64,000 nt of DNA from the NCBI GenBank assembly GCA_045644465.1, contig JAZRGV010000006.1, forward strand, positions 63,339 through 127,338, read 5' to 3'. Every line of letters begins with the position of its first letter. Position 1 is the first letter of the stretch. Below are positions 57,344 through 64,000 of the stretch, piece by piece. The position numbers and the translations under genes are program-made. Under the pieces are notes generated by a model. That model searched no databases. It was not told where the DNA came from and saw only the letters and a program-made list of their open reading frames with translations. Source of the stretch: Bacteroidaceae bacterium. GTDB lineage: Bacteria; Bacteroidota; Bacteroidia; Bacteroidales; Bacteroidaceae.

Positions 57344-57374
57344 CAAAATTAGCTTAAACATAATTGACGGCAAA
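57344..57374 (-). promoter_or_regulatory. Bacteroidota sigma-A type promoter for the U32 peptidase gene
   Basis: On the minus strand: TTTG (57374-57371), a 19-nt spacer, then TAATTTTG (57351-57344). It lies about 64 nt upstream of the ATG. Confidence 0.55.
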
Positions 57375-57426
57375 ATAAATTCTATTTATTTTAGGTAAAA
57401 ATGATATTTTGGTTTCGCCTATCTCT

Positions 57427-57653
57427 TGTAGGGACCCGGCACGCCGTGTCCGCAAAAACTTAGCGCTGTATTGTCAATGGTTTGTTATATGCATGTAGGG
57501 ACACGACATGTCGTGTCCGCATAAACTCAGCGCCGTATTGTCAATGGTTTGTTATGTGCATGTAGGGACCCGGTACGCCGTGTCCGCAAAAACTCTACGC
57601 CGTATTGTCAATGGTTTGTTATGTGCATGTAGGGACACGACATGTCGTGTCCG
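57427..57653. repeat. tandem array of a 67-bp hairpin-containing unit (3.4 copies), with alternating hairpin variants
   Basis: Units start at 57427, 57494, 57561 and 57628 (tgtagggac...). Each unit is a ~20-nt palindrome plus a near-identical ~45-nt linker (..gtattgtcaatggtttgttatgtgca). Confidence 0.9.
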
Positions 57654-57737
57654 TTACATTTCCTCGCAGTTCTTAACCTTTGGAATTTTGGCCTTTATTT
57701 GTTTTGTAGTCTTTCTTTTATGGAATATCCCCCTGTT

Positions 57738-60536
57738 TTATTTCAGTTTTTCTTTCAGGAACTCACCTGTATAGGACTCCTTGCATGTTGCAACCTCTTC
57801 GGGTGTGCCGGCTGCTACAAGGTTACCTCCCTCTTCGCCTCCCTCCTTGCCAAGGTCTATGAGGTAGTCGGCGCATTTTATCACATCCATATTATGCTCT
57901 ATTACCACGAGTGAGTGTCCGCGTTCGAGCAAGCGTTCAAACGATTTCAGTAGTTTCTTTATGTCGTGGAAATGGAGTCCGGTTGTAGGTTCATCAAAGA
58001 TAAACATCGTTGGTCGGTCGCTCTGGCGGCTCAAATAGTAGGCGAGTTTTACACGTTGGTTCTCACCGCCCGAGAGTGTCGATGACGATTGCCCAAGCTT
58101 TATGTATGCCAGTCCCACATCCTGCAATGGCTGAAGGCTGTCGGCAATGCGTTTCTGCCCATGCTCCTGGAAAAAGTTTATTGCATCGCCAATGGTCATT
58201 TCAAGAATATCGTGTATGTTCTTGCCGTGGAACTTCACTTCGAGCACATCCTCTTTGAAACGTTTGCCGTGGCAAGCCTCACATTCAAGCTTAAGGTCGG
58301 CCATAAACTGCATGGAAACGGTTATTGTTCCCTCGCCTTTGCACTCCTCGCATCGTCCACCCTCGGCATTGAACGAGAAGTGCCCCGCACCGAATTTCAT
58401 CTGCTTTGCCAATGGCTGCTGTGCAAACAGGTGGCGTATGTCGTCATAGACTTTAAGGTAGGTTACAGGGTTCGAACGCGATGACTTGCCTATGGGGTTC
58501 TGGTCTATCAGCTCCACACCACACAACTGTTTCAATGCTCCGTCAACCGTTTCGCATTGTCCTGGAGCATCACAGGTGTTGCCAAAGTGGCGCATGAGCG
58601 AACGGTATAGTATGTTACGCACAAGTGTCGATTTTCCCGAGCCACTCACTCCGCTTACAACGGTGAAGGTGTTCAATGGAAAGTCAACATCAATGCCTTT
58701 GAGGTTGTTCTCTCTTGCTCCCTTTATTGTTATCTTGTTGTTCGATGTCCTGCGGTGCTTGGGCACGTCTATTGTCTCCTCGCCAAGCAGATATCTGACA
58801 GTGTAGCTGTTGCTGCCTTTCTCGAGGTTGCTCATATCACCTTTATATACGATGTTACCGCCATATGAGCCGGCTTTCGGACCCACGTCTATGATGTAGT
58901 CGGCAGCACGTATTATCTCTTCATCGTGTTCCACCACAACAACAGTGTTACCAAGGTCGCGCAGGCGGTAGAGCACGCTTATCAGGCGGTCGGTGTCGCG
59001 GCTATGCAGGCCAATGCTTGGCTCGTCAAGGATATATAGTGAGCCAACGAGTGCGCTACCGAGCGATGTTACAAGGTTTATGCGCTGGCTCTCACCGCCC
59101 GAAAGGGTGTTGCTCAGTCGGTTGAGGGTGAGGTATCCCAGGCCCACGTCGATGAGGCAATCCACGCGGTTACGTATCTCTGTTAGTATGCGCTTTGCTA
59201 TTGCCGCATCGTGTTCATCAAGTATCAGGTTATCGAAAAACTCCTTTAGGCGTGTAACAGGCATCTCTATAAGTTCGGTGATGCTTGTTCCTCCCACCTT
59301 CACATAGGTAGCCTCTTTCTTCAGGCGTGTGCCGTGGCATGTGGGGCATATAGGTTTTCCGCGGTAACGCGCAAGCATCACGCGAAACTGTATCTTGTAT
59401 TGGTTGGCCTTTACCATGTTGAAGAAGTTATCGATGCTTATGCCTTCGCCATATTCTTCAATCCAGGGGCCTTTGTGCCACAGGTAATCTTTCTGCTCCT
59501 GTGTAAGGTTATAGTATGGTTCAAAGATAGGGAAATCATCTTGTGGTGCACGACGGCAGAACTCGTTTTTCCATTCGCCCATCTTGTCGCCACGCCAGCA
59601 GAAGACAGCTCCGTCATATACGCTCAGTGTCTTGTTGGGTATTACAAGGTCCTCGTCAATGCCCACTATGCGGCCAAAGCCCTCGCAGTCGGGGCAGGCA
59701 CCTATGGGTGAGTTGAACGAGAACATCTGCTCCGTAGGCTCTTCAAACTCCATGCCGTCGGCCTCAAAGCGTATGCTGAAACTATGTGGCGCATCCTCGT
59801 CAATAAAACGCAGCATACAGGTGCCGTTTCCCTCGTAGAACGCCGTCTCGGCCGAGTCGAGCAGTCGGCTCACATTTTCCTTGCTGTTGTTTACGCTCAA
59901 GCGGTCAATGAGCAGTGTCGGCTTATCCTGTTTCTTTGGCTTGTAATCCTCAATGTGTATTATCTCCTTGTCAAGGACTATGCGTGTGAATCCCTGCTGC
60001 AGATAAATCTGCAACTGCTCTTCAAGAGTGCGTCCCTTGCGTTTGGGAATTGGTGCAAGTAGAAGGAAACGTGTGCTCTCGGGGCGGCTCTGCATACATG
60101 TAACAAGGTCTTCGGGGTTATCCTTCTTTACCAGTGTGCCACTTATGGGTGAGTAGGTCTTGCCAATGCGTGCGTATAGCAGTTTCAGATATTCGTAAAT
60201 CTCGGTGGATGTGCCCACTGTTGAGCGTGGGTTACGGTTGTTAACCTTCTGCTCAATGGCTATGGCAGGCGGTATGCCCTTGATGAAGTCGCACTCGGGC
60301 TTGTTCATCTGCCCAAGGAACTGGCGTGCGTATGCCGATAGCGACTCCACATAACGGCGTTGTCCTTCGGCATATAGAGTGTCGAATGCAAGCGATGATT
60401 TGCCCGAACCCGACAGTCCGGTGATAACAACAAGTTTTCCGCGCGGAATCTCTACATCAACATTCTTCAGATTATTTACACGCGCTCCTTTTATTATGAT
60501 ATTCTTGCTACTCTCTTTCATCTTGCTCTCTGCCAT
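57738..60536 (-). CDS. uvrA: excinuclease ABC subunit A
   Basis: 932 aa with two ABC ATPase modules ([20 protein letters not shown]) and zinc-finger Cys pairs. Confidence 0.95.
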   Translation of the reverse strand: MAESKMKESSKNIIIKGARVNNLKNVDVEIPRGKLVVITGLSGSGKSSLAFDTLYAEGQRRYVESLSAYARQFLGQMNKPECDFIKGIPPAIAIEQKVNNRNPRSTVGTSTEIYEYLKLLYARIGKTYSPISGTLVKKDNPEDLVTCMQSRPESTRFLLLAPIPKRKGRTLEEQLQIYLQQGFTRIVLDKEIIHIEDYKPKKQDKPTLLIDRLSVNNSKENVSRLLDSAETAFYEGNGTCMLRFIDEDAPHSFSIRFEADGMEFEEPTEQMFSFNSPIGACPDCEGFGRIVGIDEDLVIPNKTLSVYDGAVFCWRGDKMGEWKNEFCRRAPQDDFPIFEPYYNLTQEQKDYLWHKGPWIEEYGEGISIDNFFNMVKANQYKIQFRVMLARYRGKPICPTCHGTRLKKEATYVKVGGTSITELIEMPVTRLKEFFDNLILDEHDAAIAKRILTEIRNRVDCLIDVGLGYLTLNRLSNTLSGGESQRINLVTSLGSALVGSLYILDEPSIGLHSRDTDRLISVLYRLRDLGNTVVVVEHDEEIIRAADYIIDVGPKAGSYGGNIVYKGDMSNLEKGSNSYTVRYLLGEETIDVPKHRRTSNNKITIKGARENNLKGIDVDFPLNTFTVVSGVSGSGKSTLVRNILYRSLMRHFGNTCDAPGQCETVDGALKQLCGVELIDQNPIGKSSRSNPVTYLKVYDDIRHLFAQQPLAKQMKFGAGHFSFNAEGGRCEECKGEGTITVSMQFMADLKLECEACHGKRFKEDVLEVKFHGKNIHDILEMTIGDAINFFQEHGQKRIADSLQPLQDVGLAYIKLGQSSSTLSGGENQRVKLAYYLSRQSDRPTMFIFDEPTTGLHFHDIKKLLKSFERLLERGHSLVVIEHNMDVIKCADYLIDLGKEGGEEGGNLVAAGTPEEVATCKESYTGEFLKEKLK

Positions 60537-61032
60537 AAATCAATCTCGCGAATTTACATAAAAAAATGCGATAATATAGCAGATATATCGCAATAATATT
60601 TTCTATTGTAAAATCATATTGCTCTATTGCTTTGCATTGTGCATTGGAAATGTTGCTGTGGAATTTCAAAGCTACCTTTTGCGGTAACTTTCTTTATTCC
60701 CACGCTTTGTGATTTTAGTCGCGAACCTATGATGAATGGAGAGGAATGATGTGCGGTATAATACAGCAACTGTTTAGCAAAAAACAATGTCTCTTCCGAA
60801 AAGATACGATATTTGTAGCAAAATTACATAAAATATCTTAACGAATTGCAAATCATTCAATAAATATTGTGGTTTTGCAAAAGATTAATTTCTAAAATGA
60901 ATGATTTGTTTAGCAAAAAACAAATATCTGATAGTTATAGTATTAGTAATCAATAAGCAATCTCTTTTAAAAAATCTTTTCGGAAGAGAATTGTAAAAAA
61001 CTAAATAAAAAATAATACTAAAAACTACTTTT

Positions 61033-62493
61033 ATGAAAAAATTAAACCTACTATTTACAGCAATTTTACTACTATGCTGCGTGGGAAATGCGAAGGCTCA
61101 TGATTTTGAGTATGGCCGTATTTATTACAGAATTACGGATAGTAATAATAAAACAGTAGAAGTCGTATATAGAGGTTCTTATTCTAATCAATATGATGAG
61201 TATTCTGGTAATGTAACTATTCCGGAAATTGTTAGTTATAATAGAAATACTTACAGTGTTACAAGCATAGGAGAAGATGCGTTCTTTCAATGTTCTAATC
61301 TTACAAGCATAACAATCCCTAACAGCGTTACAAACATTGGGGATTTTGCATTCCAATGTTGCTCCGGTCTTACAAGCATTACAATTCCTAATAGTGTTAC
61401 AAGCATTGGAAACCTTGCGTTTGCTAGTTGCTCCGGTCTTAATAGTGTGATAATTGGCAACAGTGTAACAAGTATTGGAAATTATGCATTCTCTGGTTGC
61501 TCCGGCCTTGCAAGCATTACGATTGGTAACAGTGTTACAAGCATTGGATTTGAGGCGTTCTCTGATTGCCCCAGACTTGGGAGTATTATTGTTTACCCAG
61601 GTAATACAAAGTATGATAGCCGTGATAATTGTAATGCTATTATTGAAACAGCCAACAATACACTTATTGCCGGTTGTAGAAACACAGTGATTCCTAATGG
61701 TATTACAAGCATTGGAATGGGAGCATTCGATGGCTGTTCCGGTCTTACAAGTATTATAATACCTAGCAGTGTTGCAAGCATTGGAAAGGAAGCGTTCTAT
61801 GATTGCTCCGGACTTAAAACTGTTATAAACCTTTCAAATTTAAAATTTAGTGTAGGCTCGACAGATTATGGCTATATTACATATTATGCAGATAAGGTAA
61901 TTAGTGCTGAAATTGAAAATGATTTTATTTTTAGTGTAGTAAATGGTGTAAACACGTTAATTGGTTATTTGGGTCACGAAACGGATTTGACCTTGCCTGT
62001 TGATTATAAAGGTGCAAGTTATTCAATTGGCGAAAAAGCATTCAATGGTAATAAAACTATTACAAGCATTACAATTCCTAACAACGTTACAAACATTGGA
62101 TATGGGGCGTTCTATGGTTGCTCAGCCCTTACAAGTGTAACAATTGGTAGTAATGTTACAAGCATTGGAGAGAGTGCTTTTGCATATTGTTATAATATTA
62201 TTGATATTAAACTGATGGCTGAAAAGCCAATCAGGAGCAATGCGAATATATTTTCAAATGCTGTTTATGACAATGCTACCTTATATGTTCCTACAGGAAC
62301 TAAATCGCTATACGAAAAACGCGAACCTTGGAATATGTTCTTTAATATGCAAGAAATAGACTATACCGGCATTGAGGATATTAATGCAGAAAACGGAAAT
62401 GTAAAAACCATTTATGACCTACATGGGCACCGCGTAGAGAACCCGACAGGGGGTATATACATTGTCAACGGCAAAAAAATATTCATTAAATAA
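61033..62493 (+). CDS. BspA-like leucine-rich-repeat surface protein with T9SS C-terminal sorting domain
   Basis: 486 aa with a signal peptide. Repeated 23-aa units (LTSITIPNSVTSIGNLAFASCSG). C-terminal tail: TIYDLHGHRVENPTGGIYIVNGKKIFIK. Confidence 0.85.
   Translation: MKKLNLLFTAILLLCCVGNAKAHDFEYGRIYYRITDSNNKTVEVVYRGSYSNQYDEYSGNVTIPEIVSYNRNTYSVTSIGEDAFFQCSNLTSITIPNSVTNIGDFAFQCCSGLTSITIPNSVTSIGNLAFASCSGLNSVIIGNSVTSIGNYAFSGCSGLASITIGNSVTSIGFEAFSDCPRLGSIIVYPGNTKYDSRDNCNAIIETANNTLIAGCRNTVIPNGITSIGMGAFDGCSGLTSIIIPSSVASIGKEAFYDCSGLKTVINLSNLKFSVGSTDYGYITYYADKVISAEIENDFIFSVVNGVNTLIGYLGHETDLTLPVDYKGASYSIGEKAFNGNKTITSITIPNNVTNIGYGAFYGCSALTSVTIGSNVTSIGESAFAYCYNIIDIKLMAEKPIRSNANIFSNAVYDNATLYVPTGTKSLYEKREPWNMFFNMQEIDYTGIEDINAENGNVKTIYDLHGHRVENPTGGIYIVNGKKIFIK
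61300..61575 (+). repeat. four consecutive 69-bp (23-codon) LRR-coding repeats
   Basis: Units start at 61300, 61369, 61438 and 61507 (ctt(a/g)(c/a)a(a/t)ag..gttacaagcattgga..tgctccgg). More diverged copies follow, including 62071-62200. Confidence 0.8.
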
Positions 62494-62504
62494 TATAAAT
62501 AAAT

Positions 62505-62544
62505 GACAAATGCTCTCAAAGTTCAAACTTTGGGGGCATTTGTC
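62505..62544 (+). terminator. rho-independent terminator of the LRR gene
   Basis: gacaaatgctctcaaagtt / aactttgggggcatttgtc forms a ~18-bp stem including two G:U pairs, followed by gttttg. Confidence 0.75.
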
Positions 62545-62745
62545 GTTTTGCGATTAATAAGAATTGGGCTGACGCAGCATCCTATCCCTACATGCGCGAT
62601 TGTAAAGGTGAATTCTTTTTTAAAAAAACGGTATGGTGTTGAGCAAGAAATTTCTTTTTATTGTAGAAGTTGAAGTCAAAGTAGCTATCGGTTCTTCTTT
62701 AATAATAGTATTTTAGTTATCTTCGCAAACATTAAAGAACATTAT

Positions 62746-64000
62746 ATGAAAAAACGACTATATCTTTTTCTTTTGATGGCAATCATCGTTGCGTGCGTTA
62801 ACGCCAGGCAGGTGAATGGTGTGCACCCCAAGCGCGAGTTTCGTGGTGCATGGATACAGGCTGTAAATGGACAATTCGCCGGGATGAGCGAGGAACAGAT
62901 GAAAAGCTACCTGATAGAGATGCTCGACAATCTGCAAAAGGTGAATGTAAATGCTGTAATCTTCCAGGTGCGTGTAGAGGGTGATGCTCTCTATCCGTCG
63001 CCATACGAGCCTTGGAGCCGTTACCTCACAGGTGAGCAGGGCTGCTCGCCGGGGTGGGACCCATTGGCTTTTATGGTTAGGGAGTGTCACAGTCGTAATA
63101 TGGAACTGCATGCATGGATAAACCCGTATCGTGCACGAACCAAAACCACCAAGCTCATTGCTCTTGAGCACCCGAGCATGAAAACACCCGATAAGTTCAT
63201 AGAGTATCAGGGACAGCTCTATTTCAACCCCGCATTGCAGTATAACCGCGACCATATATGCCGAATTGTGAGGGATATCCTTACACGTTACGATGTCGAT
63301 GGTTTGCACATCGATGACTATTTCTATCCTTATCCGGTGAAAGGCTTTGAGTTTCCCGATGACAAATGGTTCGAAATAAGCGGCTTTGCCGACAGGGCTG
63401 CATGGCGACGCGAGAATATTAATCATCTTATATATCAGCTTCATCGCACGGTACGCGAGGTGAAGCCATGGGTAAAGTTCGGCGTATCGCCATTTGGAAT
63501 CTATCGCAACGAAAAGAGCTGGGAGTTGGGCAGCAACACCAATGGCCTGCAGTGCTATGACGACCTGAATGCCGACGTTCTGTTTTGGATAGAGCAGGGG
63601 TGGGTCGATTATTGTATTCCGCAGCTTTATTGGGAGATTGGGCATCCGGCTGCCGATTATGAAGAGCTTGTGGCGTGGTGGGCAAAACATGCGTCGGGCC
63701 GCCCATTGTATGTGGGGCAGGACGTGGTGCGTACGGTCAATGCAAAGGATTCTACGGCTTTGTGTGGTCATCAGCAACAGAGAAAATATGAACTGCAGCG
63801 TGCGAACAGTAATATATCGGGCTCTTGCTTCTGGGATGCAGCCTCGGCAGCAAATAATATGCAGGGCTACCGCGATTTCCTTGCAAACGGCTACTACAAA
63901 TACCCGGCATTCATGCCCAAGGCGTCATTCATAGACAACAAGGCTCCTGCTAAGGTAAAGGGCATTCGCCTGGTTGAGGACGAGGATGGCAAGATGCTTC
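62746..64000 (+). CDS. glycoside hydrolase-like family 10 (GHL10/DUF187, YngK-like) protein; 3' end cut by window edge
   Basis: Absent from the ORF track. My translation from ATG 62746 reads MKKRLYLFLLMAIIVACVNA..EFRGAWIQAV..NVNAVIFQVR..YPS..EPWS..LHAWINPYR..GLHIDDYFYP..FGVSPFGIY. It stays open to base 64000. Confidence 0.8.
   Translation, partial: MKKRLYLFLLMAIIVACVNARQVNGVHPKREFRGAWIQAVNGQFAGMSEEQMKSYLIEMLDNLQKVNVNAVIFQVRVEGDALYPSPYEPWSRYLTGEQGCSPGWDPLAFMVRECHSRNMELHAWINPYRARTKTTKLIALEHPSMKTPDKFIEYQGQLYFNPALQYNRDHICRIVRDILTRYDVDGLHIDDYFYPYPVKGFEFPDDKWFEISGFADRAAWRRENINHLIYQLHRTVREVKPWVKFGVSPFGIYRNEKSWELGSNTNGLQCYDDLNADVLFWIEQGWVDYCIPQLYWEIGHPAADYEELVAWWAKHASGRPLYVGQDVVRTVNAKDSTALCGHQQQRKYELQRANSNISGSCFWDAASAANNMQGYRDFLANGYYKYPAFMPKASFIDNKAPAKVKGIRLVEDEDGKML

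Noticed and set aside
57427-57653. The 67-bp repeat array as a CRISPR array
   Set aside because: The segments between the palindromes are nearly identical to each other rather than being unique spacers. There are only 3.4 units, and the window has no cas genes and no leader.
57508-57774. 88-aa ORF running through the tandem repeats
   Set aside because: Its sequence is simply the repeat read in frame (a repetitive peptide). It overlaps the uvrA 3' end and has no start context.
62758-63777. 339-aa ORF on the minus strand, the longest listed ORF near the right end of the window
   Set aside because: It lies antisense to an uninterrupted plus-strand frame starting at ATG 62746 that has clear GHL10/DUF187-family motifs and a signal peptide. 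The minus-strand translation is low-complexity with no family resemblance. The plus-strand gene is missing from the track only because it runs off the window.

Overview
This window reads as a core chromosomal region of a Bacteroidota genome, Bacteroidales-like and carrying a type IX secretion system (T9SS). The evidence is PorX and PorW/SprE-like genes, two proteins with T9SS C-terminal sorting domains, TTTG-N19-TAnnTTTG promoter motifs, and the acpP-fabF-rnc and lpxK-PNP-thiL gene orders. I support about 52 CDS, one tRNA-Ser(GGA), several strong hairpin terminators and two promoters. Most genes are housekeeping: dnaA, dnaX, nrdJ, uvrA, cysS, thyA-folA, mnmA, xseAB, ilvE, trmB, thiL, lpxK, pdxB and sufE.

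Two genes run off the window edges and are missing from the supplied ORF track. I translated both by hand: porX at 1-1356 (-) and a GHL10-family glycoside-hydrolase-like gene at 62746-64000 (+). The 339-aa antisense ORF listed at the second locus is therefore spurious.

I found no recognisable defence, toxin or mobile-element system. The observations most worth a second look are:
- a fossil copy of the sufE 3' end, which suggests a ~1 kb lipoprotein-gene cassette was spliced in between sufE and its terminator;
- a 67-bp tandem hairpin-repeat array between uvrA and a U32 peptidase gene, with alternating hairpin variants and one compensatory base-pair change;
- a ~220-bp element bounded by inverted repeats and rich in hairpins, in an unusually long non-coding gap beside a very AT-rich acyltransferase gene;
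- a 1562-aa CotH-kinase-domain T9SS cargo protein carrying dockerin and cohesin-like modules;
- a porW-porX tandem;
- a fused C26 amidotransferase-like / M19 dipeptidase gene;
- shared motifs in both AT-rich spacers flanking dnaA, which makes them a candidate oriC.

All family assignments come from reading the translations and remembering family motifs. No database search, HMM search or folding program was run.
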